DNA from: the human T2T-CHM13v2.0 reference genome, Homo sapiens
Length of the DNA: 64,000 bases
Assembly: GCA_009914755.4 (NCBI GenBank)
Contig: CP086569.2
Location: 6,720,001 to 6,784,000, forward strand
Reading direction: 5' to 3'
The notes below the pieces were generated by a model. It saw nothing but the letters and a program-made list of their open reading frames with translations. It searched no databases and was not told the DNA's origin. The translations under genes were made by a program, and so were the position numbers. Shown in pieces: positions 25,011 through 37,339 of the stretch (position 1 is the first letter of the stretch; each line of letters starts with the position of its first letter).

Positions 25011-28000
25011 GCTTCAGATCTTAGGTGTCAAGGACACACTGGTGCATAATAAGTGCTTTATGTAGAAGGTAGGACAGGGGACTTTTTAACAGAAGAAAAA
25101 TAATGCCTTATAAGAGAAAAGAGCCTGGAATACTTATAGGAAAAAAAAATTCATGTTAAAGCGATTTTAAAATCCTAAAATGGCCATCAGACAGAAAGAG
25201 CTTTGTTTGATTTATGTTTTAAAAAGAACTGAAGAAGCCACAGTTGGGGCTTGAAGGATTCCCTGGCTTTCCCCTCAGTCTCAGGAAAGGTGGTCAGAAA
25301 ACTCCAGGTGGACAAGGGTTACCCCTAGGGGTCAGCAGTGAGATTGCTCTGTAGCCAGTGAGGGAGGTCCCAGCCATGCCAGTTGGAAGAAGAACCTTGC
25401 ATCCTTCAGTGTGTGCATACTTTGGCAGCTGTCAGGAAAGCAGTGAAGGACCACATGCTCTCTAGCCTCAAGGGAGTGTTGGCAGAACAAAAAGGTACTG
25501 CCGAAGCCCTAGAAACTGACAGCTTGGCTGGATTTGGCCTGTTGGCTACATCTTTGCCACAGCCATGTTATGAGTGATGGTCATTTCTCCAAGAGCTGGC
25601 CTGGCTAGTAATTGCAGAGGCTCCTGCATGTCACTTGGTCTAACGATGACAAAAATGAATGTGGAAGGAAGATTTTAGTCCTGGAAGGGAAATATTGACT
25701 TAGAATGACACTAACACTTTCTGCCGTCTTTATAATTTCTTTCTCTCATCAAGATTAGGACAAATATATATATATATACACACATATATTTTTAATGAAT
25801 CTTCGTACTTTTTTTTAAAGAAAATTAAAAATGGTGTTCCTTGAAGGGCTTCATTTCATTGTATCAGGTGACATTTGTCCTCTTATTGTCATAACCCAAC
25901 ACTGACTTATTTTTTTAATTAGCAAGGGCGAAAAGGTATCAAAGACAAAGGCCTCTTCTCCCATTTGTTTTTCCTGTGGGCAGAAGAAGGGCTGAGGAAG
26001 TTGGCCTGGCCTGTGGGGGCTGCTTCTTCACTGGCAGTGTTGCAGTCTGCTGCGTGTGTTCCAGGAGTGAGACAGGGTGTTATTGTGAGGGTGGTGTCCA
26101 TCTGCAGAGCCAAAAATCAGACATCAGGGAAGGGCCAGGGCTTCCTATGGAACTTGGAATTCACCACAACCCCTACAAAAGCCAGAGTCTGTTGATCATT
26201 CTAGATCATTGATTGGCCTTTGCTTGGATATGTGAATTATTCAAGCCTCAGAAGACCAAAATATCTGCTTCCAAGGTGAGTATCTTATTTGGGCTGTATT
26301 TCCAAAACAGTTAGCAAAGCAGGCCACAGTGATGTAGTGGTTTCACAACACCCATCTTTGAAGGAGCTGGTATCCACAGATGAGGTGATGATTTCCCCTC
26401 CCGGGGACTCATTGGGGTTAGGGTATGGTTTGTCAAGGACCAAATGACACTGTCTTTATGCCTCCCAAATAAAAATACATCCATCTCTGCAGAGCATCAG
26501 CTGTCAGAGGTCAGCCTGTCATCAGGACATGACTTAGGCTTGACAAACCAGAAACAACTGTGCAATAGTAATGGTGGGATGTGTTGCAAGCGATTCACTA
26601 GACAATCTTCACATGAAGGTCAGTAGCCAGGGTCTCTTCCAAGGATTGGCTTTAGTCTGGATGAATTGCTAGGTAGAAGCCTGGTTTGGGAGGCCTTGGA
26701 CCCCAGGCTCCATCACTGGCTTCTCTAGCCTGAGGCCAGAGAGGTCCTTCCTGTGGCTGCATGCAGGACCAAGCATGAGAATGCAGCTAGCATCCGCCAC
26801 ATCTACCCCAGTTCTCATCAGAACAACACCATGGACAGCTGTTTCCATAGCCTCCAGTGTTTGCACATCACTCCTCACCCTGTGTGCTGCTGGAATGTTA
26901 GTAGAGCCATCCCTGTAACCAAGGAATGGCCTGAGCGGAATGCTATTGTTCAATGTTGTTTACAGCTCTTAAAACACAGTGAGGAATGCCTAAGTCATAG
27001 AGACCAAATTTGACCTTGAAGGCAGACATGACACACCTTGTCCAAGGGGGACCAAAAGGGTAGGACATTACAGGCTGAAACCCTCTGACCCCTCATGACA
27101 ATGTAGGACGTGACTTTTGTCTTCTTAAGAAATAGGTCATGGAGCCAAGTGAAGTGCACTTTGTCAAATGTAAGGGTCCGCTTGTTACTCATTTTCTGTT
27201 TGTTAACCTTTTTTTCCATCATTTAACAAAAACCAATCTTACATTTCTTGTCAAATGCAGAAATGTTTATTCTGGCAATCAGTGAAGTTTTGCATTGTGT
27301 GTCAGATATATAGCCGGACATGTTCTCTGTCCCCATTTTTCAGATTCTGTTCAGATGACATCAACCCATTTCATTCCCCCCACCACCTCACCCTTACACC
27401 CTTTGGGAAAAGAAAATCACCTTGTGTGCTGTAGCTCATTTGTTTCAAGACAGAATCAACAGATCATATTTGGCATCATGAATAAATTGCTCTATTTTGA
27501 TACTGAAGAACTTGGTGGGTGTGCTTTCTTCCTCTCCCTCTGGAGCTCTTAGGCCCATGTTGACACCAGTGAATGAAGACAGAGTTCTGTATTTTCTCCA
27601 GAAGGAAATACTTTGCATACCTCTATCCAGGATTGCTGTGTGAGATAGAGAGCAGGGGGCGGAATGCAGTGATGTGGTGTTGACAGCAGCCTCTGGCTGA
27701 AAGGTAGGCTTTTTAGTGTGTTTCCTTTTCACTATTTTATTTAGGCTACCTATTGGGAAAAGTTAAAGCAAATGAATGTTCTCTCAGCGGGATGGTTGGT
27801 TGGGTTCCCAAATTAGCCATGAGTAATTTGAAGAACCTAAAGTTACAGGATGGGGCAACTTACGGCATGGACTTCTGCACAGTGCAGACCAATATGTGGC
27901 AAACATTTACTGACATTTGCTCTGTGCATGTTTCTGTTTATGCCAGTTTAATAGGTGGCTGTTATATAATGTAATTAATTAATGGATATTGATTGCCATC

Positions 28001-28829
28001 TGCATTCTATGAAGGAGGCAGTAGATTCTAGGAGGTGAAGACATGGCTTACTCTAAGGTTTCACTGTGCAGGTGAGTCAGTCAGTCATTTCCCTCTAATC
28101 TTGCTTGTTCCACACAAGGACAAAGCAAATGGCTGGGGGTGCAGAGGCTTTTATGGGTGGTTCCCTGGGAAAGATCTGAGAACCCGCATATCTGAGACAG
28201 GCCTCAGTCTCAGTTAATTCAGAAAGTTTATTTTGCCAAGGTTGAGGATGCATGCCTGTGGCAGCCTCAGGAGGTCCTGATGACATTTGTCCAAGGTCAT
28301 CAGAGCACACTTTGGTTTTATACATTCTAGGGAGACATGAGACATCAACCAACATGTGTAAGATGAACAGTGGTTCAGTCCAGAAAAGGTGGGACAACTT
28401 GAAGCACAGGTGAAGCAGGGAGGGGGCTTCCAGGTCATAGGTAGCTAAGAAACAAATAGTTTGCTTAACAAACACTCTTTCCAGTCTGGGTTCTTTGTCT
28501 CTGGAGTGTCTCATCCAAGGCATGTTAAGCAAAGCAAGAAGAGGTTATCATTCCCTTCCGGAGAACAGAGAGAGGGAACAGCAGGGACAGAAATGAAGGA
28601 TATTCATAAGAGCAACCTTCAGGTAGAATGTGAGGTGAATTCTCTGTAGAACGGGGCTTTTGTTAGGAATAGTTACATCCTCATGAAAAAGATACTTATT
28701 TAGAGACACTCTGCAGGAAGTAAACAGGTGGGAGTATGCTCTCTTCTGTAACAATATCTGCACATGATGATGATGATAGTCTCACTTTGAAATGGGGTGA
28801 AATGAGTAGACTATAAGAAAGTTTTTTAG

Positions 28830-29035
28830 CCTAGGCAACATAGTGAGACCACATATCTACAAAAAAAATTACTCAGGCATGGTGTCGAGTGCCTGTGATC
28901 TCAGCAGGTTGGGAGGCTGAGGTGAGAGGATCATTAAGCCCAGGAGGTTGAGGCTGCCTGCAGTGACCCATGACAAGACCACCACTTTCCTTAATCCTAA
29001 GTGACAGAGTGAGATCCTGCCAAACAAAGCAAAAC
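28830..29035 (+). mobile_element. old Alu-related monomer (FRAM/FLAM-like) fragment
   Basis: Runs ctaggcaacatagtgagaccacatatctacaaaaaaaattactcaggcatggtgtcgagtgcctgtgatctcagcaggttgggaggctgaggtgagaggatcattaagcccaggaggttgaggctgc...gtgacagagtgagatcctgccaaacaaagcaaaac. Confidence 0.6.
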
Positions 29036-30499
29036 ACTTTTTTTATGTTGAGGCAGATAAACTAGGCAGTAAACTAAAATCAAATACAATCCCTCTGATG
29101 GAACAGTCATCTTCACTCCAAGCTACACCTCTGTTGTCACCTCCTTCTCACAGGCCAACCTACACTTCTTGCTGTACATTCCAGTTCCCTCATACCTCTT
29201 CAAGAACTTTCCTGCAATCATCACCATTACTTTCTCTCCACTCCGTCATTCCTGTAGCACCCCCAAGGTACTCGAGCACCTGCCATCTTCAAAACGTGAC
29301 TTGAGCACTTGCCATCTTCAAAACAGTAATAACAAAACAAGCCAAATTCTCTGCAGCAAACAGTCTTACAGGGAAGTCACTCAGAACCAAGACTGGCCAG
29401 CTTCTCATCTTTTCATGTGTTTGCCCAATTGTCTCCTCATTTCCTGTGTTGCCCTAATACACATCCTGATGATCATTTTTCCATCCCCAGTACGTAGGCT
29501 TGGCCCAGTTCCTGTCAAGTCACCTTGACAAGGCATCCAGTCACCCTCTCACTTAGCTGTGCTCTTCAGGTCAAAGCCACATGCATGAGTATCAGCTGGT
29601 GATGCTTGGTGTCTCAACTGGGAGTCATCATCTTGGCTGAATAATCGGTTCTCAGCATTCTTGTTGGAGAGCTTCAAAATCCGACTCTGGCTAATGTAAG
29701 CCCAAAGGAATAAATGGGCCTGATACTGGCAAGCTTTGAGAAATTGGAGAATGAGGCTCAGAGGGCACACAGACAAGAACTGCCAAAAGCAGGCTGCAAC
29801 ACTGGGCTCATGAAGATCATCGATATGGCAGTGGGTGTTGCCCACACCCTGAAGGCTGGACTGGCTCTGGAGGCACACTCAACGCTGCCTCCCAGAGTGG
29901 GCTTGCCTGCTGCCGTGGCCTCTCCAGAAGTGCTTTTCTGCAGCTCATTCCCTTGGACGTGAGCTGGTAACTTGAGAGAGGTGCCTAATTGGCTCTGCCA
30001 GGTCACATGCCTTGCTCTAGCTGCAAGGGAGGCTATAAAAGCCTCTTTGCTTTTGAACTGGGGGGTAGGGCTGTGCCTCATCAGGTAGGAAGATATCCCC
30101 AAATAGAGGAAGGCCTTCTGATGTTGGGAGCTCAGGGGAGTGGAGACAGAATGCCCCTACTGAGATGAAGAATGCACATTTCCCTAGAAAATCTAAAATG
30201 TGTTCACATTTCCTTGATACTTTTGGTCAAGGTGTGTGAAGTCTAGCCCAGGCTGACCCTTAGGAGGGTGAAGAAACAGTTATGGAGAGAGTTGGGGCAG
30301 CCCTGGGCAGGCACTACCTTATAGTGTGCTCAGAATCCATCTGCAACCCTGTGACTCCAGAAGTACACATGAAGAACCTTCCTGCGCTCGATATTCCTGA
30401 TACAAAGGGAGGTGTCACATGGCAGAGCTGTCTGCAGTATCCTGAGAAAATATTCTGTCTTGCTTTTCTGTATACCTACTGGTGGTTTATAATCCCCAT

Positions 30500-31830
30500 G
30501 CATATTGCAACATTTTTGTAAAATGTAAAACAATAATACTATACATACACACAAGGGAACTTCAAAAAGTTCAGAACATACATATGAAAAAGCAGTGGAT
30601 TTCACAACACTTTTTTCATCAAAATAAGCTCATGCTAACTTGTTACAACATGTTTGAATAGTATCTAGTTTGAAGCACTATAAAGTGTGAGACATCAGTT
30701 TGATTAAAGCAGAGCAACATTTTGTTAAAATTGAAACAATAACATCAAAGTTAAGGTGAAGTCTGGGGGGAAGAATTGTGAAATCATTGATGTTTTATAA
30801 AAAGTTTATGAGCACAGTGTCCCAAAGAGATAAGCAGTTTACAAATGGATAACTTGTTTTAATAAGGAATGATGATATTGAAGATGAAGCCTGCAGTGGC
30901 AGACCATGCACATCAATTTGTAAGAAACAAATTCTTGTTCATGCCCTAATTGATGAGGACCAGTGATTAACAGCAGAAACAACAGCTAGCACCACAGACA
31001 TCTCAACTGGTTCAACTTACACAATCTGACTGGAACATTCAAGTTGTGCAAACTTTACACTCAGGTTCCAAAACTGTTGTGCCCACATTAGTTGCAGACA
31101 AGAGTTAAGCTTTCAGTGGAAATTTGAAACAAGTGGGATGAAGATCCTGAGGGCTTTCTACAAAGAATTGTAACAGGAGACCAAACACAGCTTTATCAAT
31201 ACAATCCTGAAGGCAAAGCACACTCAAAGGAATGGCTACCAAGTGAAAGCATAAGTAGAGTGGTCAGTAGGTCATGACAACAGTTTTCTTTCTTTCTTTT
31301 CTTTTCTTTTCTTTTCCTTTTTTTTTTTTCATGCTTAGGGCATTTTCCTTGCTGATTTTCTGGAGGGCCAAAGAATGATAGCATCTGCTTATACAAAAAT
31401 GGTTTTGAGAACGTCAAAGCTTTAGCAGAAAAATGCCCAGAAGTTTCACCAGGGTGTCCTTTTCCAGCACAACAAGGTTCCTGCTCATTAATCTCATCAA
31501 ACAAGGGCAGTCTTGCAAAAGTTTCCATGGGAAATCATTGGGCATCCACCGTACAGTCCTGATGTGGTTCCTTCTGACTTCTCTTGTTTCTTAATCTTTA
31601 AGGGGCATCTTTTTTGTATTTTTTTTTCAGTTGTTAGTGTAGAAAAGACTGCATTGACATGGTTAAGTGCTGAGGACCTTCAGTTCTTTAGGGTTGGATT
31701 AAATGGCTGCTGTCGTTTACATAATGTGTTGAACTTGATGAGCTTATCAACGTTGAGAAATGAAGTTTCTATTTTTTATTTCCATTTTTATTCTATTTTT
31801 TTAATGGACTTTTTGAAGTTCCTTTCCTTA
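30500..31830 (+). mobile_element. mariner-type (Tc1/mariner) DNA transposon relic with degraded transposase ORF; carries an internal (TTTC)n
   Basis: Broken + strand frames give ...NDDIEDEACSGRPCTSI... (compare Hsmar1 ...DESLEDEERSGRPS...), ...QLYQYNPEGKAHSKEWLPSES... (mariner motif ...TWI..Y.PE.K.QSK.W...), and ...QKFPWEIIGHPPYSPDVVPSDF... (the canonical mariner C-terminal PHPPYSPDLAPSDY(H)LF). Many stops and frameshifts. Boundaries are estimated from the motif positions; no clean TIR was recognised. Confidence 0.65.
31285..31330. repeat. (TTTC)n / poly-T microsatellite inside the mariner relic
   Basis: Sequence tttctttctttcttttcttttcttttcttttcctttttttttttttc. Confidence 0.9.
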
Positions 31831-31952
31831 ACTGATGGAAAGATGAGAACACAGGCAATTTTCTGGGCATTAATCAGGTTCCAGTTAGACTATGTTGTTA
31901 TTCAGGACAGCATTGGGACCAAAAGGCTAAATTCATGATGAAAGATACACTC

Positions 31953-32248
31953 CCAGCTGAGCAAGGTGGCTCATGCATGTAATCGCAGCACTTTGGGAGG
32001 TCAAGGTGGGCAGATCACCTGAGATCAGGAGTTTGAGACCAGCCTGACCAACATGGCAAAAACTCATTTGTACAAAACATACAAAAAGTAGCCAGACATA
32101 GTGGTGTATGCCTGTAGTCCCAGCTACTCGGGAGGTTGAGGCAGGTGAATAGCTTGAAACTGGGAAGCAGAAGCTGCAGTGAGCCAAGATCTCACCACTG
32201 TACTCCAGCCTGGGCAATGAAGCAATATCTTGTCTCAAAAAAAAGAAA
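31953..32248 (+). mobile_element. Alu
   Basis: Runs cccagctgagcaaggtggctcatgcatgtaatcgcagcactttgggaggtcaaggtgggcagatcacctgagatcaggagtttgagaccagcctgaccaacatggcaaaaactc ... ccactgtactccagcctgggcaatgaagcaatatcttgtctcaaaaaaaag. Confidence 0.9.
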
Positions 32249-32439
32249 GCCACTCTCCCTTCTTTGCCCTCTAGTGGGTGTTAGCAGCCCAGGCTTTGCT
32301 GTTGCTCCACTGGGGCCCTGGTTCCCTATTTATCTTGCTGCTTCTCTACCTTGCTGCTGTTTGGCGACATCAGTAAGCTTAGTCGAGGGCATCTGCTCTA
32401 GAAAACACATGTTTACTGCACTTTTTCTATGTTTTGATA

Positions 32440-32690
32440 TACAAATACCATTGTGTTACAGTTGCTGACAGTATTCGGTACAGTCACATGTTTCAGTATT
32501 CAGTACAGTCAGGTTTGCAGCCTAGGAGAAATAGGCACTACCATCTAGCCTAGTTGTGCTGTAGACTGTGCCATCTAGGTTTGTGTAAGTACACTGTGTG
32601 GTATCATACAACATTATATATCACATAATGACACACTTCTCAAAACTCATCCTTAGTATTAAGCTATGCATATATTTTCTTTGGCTACAA
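32440..32690 (-). mobile_element. Tigger1 (pogo-like) terminal fragment, antisense
   Basis: The run ccattgtgttacagttgctgacagtattcggtacagtcacatg...cagtattcagtacagtcaggtttgcagcctaggagaaataggcactaccatctagcctagttgtgctgtagactgtgccatctaggtttgtgtaagtacactgtgtggtatc matches the reverse complement of the Tigger1 end region (...acttaccattgtgttacaattgcctacagtattcagtacagtaacatgctgtacaggtttgtagcctaggagcaataggctataccatatagcctaggtgtgtag...catctaggtttgtgtaagtacactctatgatg). Confidence 0.7.
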
Positions 32691-35216
32691 CAGTTGTTAA
32701 GACAGCATTCAAGTGAGGCTGAGAGCTCAGTCACAATTACTTTATTTAACTACTTTCCCAAGGACATGGATCTTGCACTCAGCTTTATAGCCAGCCTCAG
32801 AAAACTTCCTAGTGACAACTAATAGGCTAGAGAAGCAGCAGAGTGGTCCGGAGGGGGCTCTTCCATTACCACATGCATGTGCATGAAACATTTCTCTTAT
32901 CCTAGAAGCTCTTCGAGAAGATCATGTAACTGGTGATGAGGGCAATGTCTGGGGGCTGCTACACTTTGGCAGTGCAGTGATGAAAAAATGAGAACAAAGT
33001 TCTAAAGAATGACAATAGAAGAGTCTGAGGAATATGGGGGTTGGACCCTTGGCACATCCACTTCACAGGTTTCTGTGGGTTTGGCAAGCAGGGTCACCCT
33101 TATTTTTGTTGCAGGATTCACTTGCAGTATGGATTTCAAATGTGCTGGCATCAGAACCTGAAGAGGAAAAAACAAAAATTGTGAGTGTCCATCTCTTTGC
33201 CAGTTTGTCCTCAGCTTCGGAAAATGCTCTCAGTACTCACTGCACTGAGTTTTTCATGTGGCAACTTTGGTCAAAATTGCAGCATTCATTTCATCTATGA
33301 GAAAAAAAAAACCTACACCATCTTTCCATCTACATTTTATTAAATCATTACAATAGATGAAACAAGTCCTACAGAATTTTCTAGGCCAGTTAATGGCTGA
33401 TCATGGCACAGATGTGCAGGCAAAAAAACTGTTGGTTTAGGAAAGTTTTAGAGACCCAGGACGTGTGCTGTCTAATTTAGGAGCAGAGAGCGCTATTGTG
33501 ACAGCTGGTACAGCTTCTACTAGGGATGGTAACTCAGGCAACAGGGACCCTATGGTTGGCTGGCTACCTACACTCAACTCCAGGAAGTGCTGGAAGGGAG
33601 GGAGACCACAACTGTGAAAAACTACACCACCTCCCAATGTGTTTTCATGGGCAATGACACATGTTTATAGCAAGCAGCTCCTCCCCATCAGCATCTACTC
33701 ATGGAAAACTGTCATCTCAAGTCCCAAATTGGATACACATCCAGCCTCATTTAAATACACAGTACTACATGCCTGGTAACCCTTTGTGAAATTGAGCTCA
33801 TTCCGATCATGACCCTACATAAGATGATAAAGTGACAAATAATGTTTTTGTAAATACAGGAATGTATTTGTCCCAATGTGCTCAGCATTTCCTTCATGAG
33901 ACATTTTTATCAGGTGTGGATTTCAGGATGGTTTTGCTCTCGCATGCAGTATTTTCTAGAAAATAATTAAGAGTCTAATAATTGCTCACATTTTTCTCTT
34001 TACTCCCCTGCTAAGAAGCTCAAAGCCAAACTACCATCCATTTTAAATAGTTATCTGGGGCTAATTCTAGCTGGCTTTCTATTTCATTATCATTTTCCTT
34101 TAGTTCCTGTTTCATTTATTAATCAATTTCCCCATGTTGTTCTTCCAGAATATGACATGGTTTAAAAGGATACAGAACAAAAGGAAAAAAATGTGAGCAT
34201 CAGTCAGCAGTGTGAGAGCTAATGTGAATCCCATCAAAAGAATAATCTTGGGCACTGGTCATCATTCCAGCAATACACCTTCTTTCTGTTAGACCCTTTG
34301 AAACCACTGTCAGAATTATTCTTCCGATCCCCAAATATACTAGAATACTTGCTCCATCCCAGGTTGCAAGCTGTGTGTGGGGAATACAGAGGTGGAAAAC
34401 ATGAAGGAGGGTTGCCTTTCCAACCACAGACAGGGCAAATGACCCCAAAAAGCCTCCAAAGAGCCTCCAAAGCCCTCCACCCTTGGGGCTTGCTGACAAT
34501 CACAACCTCCTATGAGTCCCTCTCTGTTTCCTCACACCCTTAGGCATACTGCTTCTCTCCCTCCCACTCCAGGCTTGGTCCTGCCACTGGGCCTCTGCAA
34601 CTCTATTTTTCTGTCTGTAAGGCTCTTCTGATTTTCTTGTGGTTCCTACACTTGATTCGGGTCTCAATGCTAATGTTACCTCATGCTCAGGGAGACTCTG
34701 GGACAACCTCTCTAAAATCATGCTCCCAACCGTCCCTGATTTTTCTTCACAGCACTTCCCATTACCTGGATGGAATATCATATCATTATTTGTGTTTTTC
34801 ATTCTCTGTCTCTGCCACTACAGTGGAGAGTCTCAGTGGACAGGGAATGTGTCATAGTGACTGTACCCGATGCCCCAGATAACACCTGGTATATAGAGGG
34901 TGCTCAATCAACATGGGGAATGGGTCAGTACAGTCATGTTAAGTGCCTGACAGCAATGGGATGCAGCACTACTACTTTGGAGCACTCATTAAGATATGAG
35001 TACAAAGAAGGGTAGTAACAAGCTCAATTTTAAAAGAGATACATGCAGAGTTTGGGAGAATATTTTAGGGGAAAAAAAGAACATGAGAGTTATATGGAAA
35101 AGAGGCAGTCAGAAGTTGTGGCACTATGAGAGATGTGGTTGTAAAGAACTAAGAAAGCCTGAGCCAGGCTTGGTCCTGCCACTTTAAGGCAATAACAATA
35201 TTGCCTTTTACCAAGA

Positions 35217-35502
35217 AGGCAAGTGTGGTTCACACCTCTAACTAGTGCTTTAGGAGGCTGAAACAGGAAGATCGCTTGAGGCCAGAAATGCAGGACCAGC
35301 CTGGGAAATACAGAAAGACCCCATCTCTATGATAAAAATTTTAAAACAAGCCAGTTGTAGCAGTGTACACCTGTGGTCCCAGTAACTTGGCAAGCTGAAG
35401 TGAAAGGATTGCTTGAACCTAGGAGTTCAAGGCTGCAATGAACCATAATCACACCACTTCACTCCAGCCTAGGCAACAGTGAGATCCTACCTCAAAAAAA
35501 AG
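35217..35502 (+). mobile_element. Alu (older, AluJ-like)
   Basis: Runs ggcaagtgtggttcacacctctaactagtgctttaggaggctgaaacaggaagatcgcttgaggccagaaatgcaggaccagcctggg ... cacttcactccagcctaggcaacagtgagatcctacctcaaaaaaaagg. Confidence 0.85.
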
Positions 35503-35893
35503 GCAACTGCAATACTGTTGTGTCTCTGAAACATACGCATGCACTATGGGCTGTGGGAGAACATGGCACTCAGATCTTCCTCCCAGGGTTGGATTAAGGT
35601 GAATCTGGAGGAATCTTGGTCTGAGTTAACTCAGAGAAAGTGTGATGAGCTGCTCAAACAGTGGGTAAAGAGATTGAGCAATGGGGGAGGACTGGCCATG
35701 GATGACACAGCCAGATTTTGAGGAGAGCCTGGGTGGCTGACAAGGATGGTGGAGAGCTGGTTTTGCTAGGGTGGTAAACCTGCCTTTCCTGGAGCCAAGA
35801 CACCAGCTGGGAAAACTTCTAAAGAAGCCTTGCAGTTCTGGAGCAGCATTCCTGCTAGAGGGGGCTGGTGGCACATCAAAAAGATTTGATTCT

Positions 35894-36197
35894 GGCCGGG
35901 CACATTATGTTCACGCCTGTAATCCCAGCACTTTGGGAGGCTGAGGCGGGCGGATCACGAGGTCAGGAGATTGAGACCATGCTGGCTAACACAGTGAAAT
36001 CCCTTCTCTACTAAAAATACAAAAAATTAGCCGGGCGTGGTGGCAGGCGCCTGTAGTCCCAGCTACTCACTAGGCTGAGGCGGGAGAATGGCGTGAATCC
36101 GGGAGGCGGAGCTTGCACTGAGCCCAGATCGCGCCACTGCATTCCAGCCTGGGCGACAGGGCCAGACTCTGTCTCAAAAAAAAAAAAAACAAAAAAG
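35894..36197 (+). mobile_element. AluY (young subfamily) with target-site duplication
   Basis: Runs ggccgggcacattatgttcacgcctgtaatcccagcactttgggaggctgaggcgggcggatcacgaggtcaggagattgagaccatgctggctaacacagtgaaatccc..., with ggcgcctgtagtcccagctactcactaggctgaggcgggagaatggcgtgaatccgggaggcggagcttgcactgagcccagatcgcgccactgcattccagcctgggcgacagg. The AluY diagnostic gatcacgaggtcaggagatYgagaccatcc is present and CpGs are retained. The flanks are gatttgattct and gacttgattct. Confidence 0.9.
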
Positions 36198-36701
36198 ACT
36201 TGATTCTCACCAGGTCACCCACTGTTTATGAGGATGTCATGGATTCAAGCAAACTTGTGTGTGATTTCTGCGGTTCTTTTCAAACAGACTCTGGGCTGGG
36301 GTGTCATATGGTGGCTCTTTTTATTATTTTTTAGAAGTATTTATTATTTGAATTTTCTAGTCCAGAAATTATATTGTTAAAGTTTCATTTTCTCTATTAT
36401 AAAAATAATTCATACTTGTTAAAATGTGGAAAATAATTTTGCCTTATAGAAAAGTCAGGAAATATAAAAAACTTTAGAGAAGTATGAATGACTCATGGTC
36501 CCTCCACCCAGAGACAACCACTGTTAACATCTTACCATATATAAGTCATTTCATTTTATTTGATGAGTTTGAATAACTGAGATTTTGTTTTTTTAAAAAA
36601 AGCTGTATTTAGTATACTATATTTAAATGTATGTACAAGGAGGTTAGTCCAAAGAAACACAGTAATTTTTTATGTCTAGTGATAGGGAACTTTAAACAAT
36701 T

Positions 36702-36996
36702 GTTTTTGTTGTTGTTGTTGTTTCACGTGGTCTCACTCTGTTCCCCAGGCTTAGTCTTGGCTTCTTTACTCACTGCAACTTCTGCCTCTAGGGTTCAAGT
36801 GATTGTTGTGAGTCAGCCTCCCAAGTAGCTGAGATTACAAACATGCACCTCCAGGCCTGGCTAACTTTTGTGTTTTTAGTAGAGACAGAGTTGTACCATG
36901 TTGTCCAGGCTGGTCTCAAACTCCTAGCCTCATGTGATCCACCCACTTTGGCCTCCCAGAAGTGCTGGGATTACAGGCATGAGCCACAGCGCCTGG
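36702..36996 (-). mobile_element. Alu, antisense
   Basis: (TTG)n, then tttcacgtggtctcactctgttccccaggcttagtcttggc ... gtgctgggattacaggcatgagccacagcgcctgg. Confidence 0.85.
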
Positions 36997-37029
36997 ATAA
37001 AACAATGTTTTTAAAAACTTGTACAATCA

Positions 37030-37339
37030 GGCCTGGCACAGTGACTCAAGCCTGTAATCCCAGCACTTTGGGAGGTCAAGGTGGAAGGCTCGCTTGAACC
37101 CACGAGTTTGAAACTAGCCTAAGACACATGGCAAGAGCCTATGTCTACAAAAAAAGTATATACAAAAATTAGCCAGGTGTGGTGGTACATGCCTATAATC
37201 TCAGCTACTTGGGAGGCTGAGGTGGGAGCATGAACTGGGCCCAGGAGGTGGAGGCTGCCACGAGCTATGATTGTCCCACTGCATTCCAGCCTGGGCAACA
37301 GAGTGAGATGCTGTTTTGAAAGGAAAAAGGAAAAAAAAG
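37030..37339 (+). mobile_element. Alu, sense; head-to-head with the preceding antisense Alu (33-bp spacer)
   Basis: Runs ggcctggcacagtgactcaagcctgtaatcccagcactttgggaggtcaaggtggaaggctcgcttgaacccacgagtttgaaactagcc ... ccactgcattccagcctgggcaacagagtgagatgctgttttgaaaggaaaaaggaaaaaaaag. Confidence 0.9.

Noticed and set aside
28095-28532. 145-aa minus-strand ORF.
   Set aside because: I recognise no protein family. It lies in low-complexity intergenic DNA downstream of the gene, and its length is within random expectation for AT-balanced human DNA with no splice-site context.
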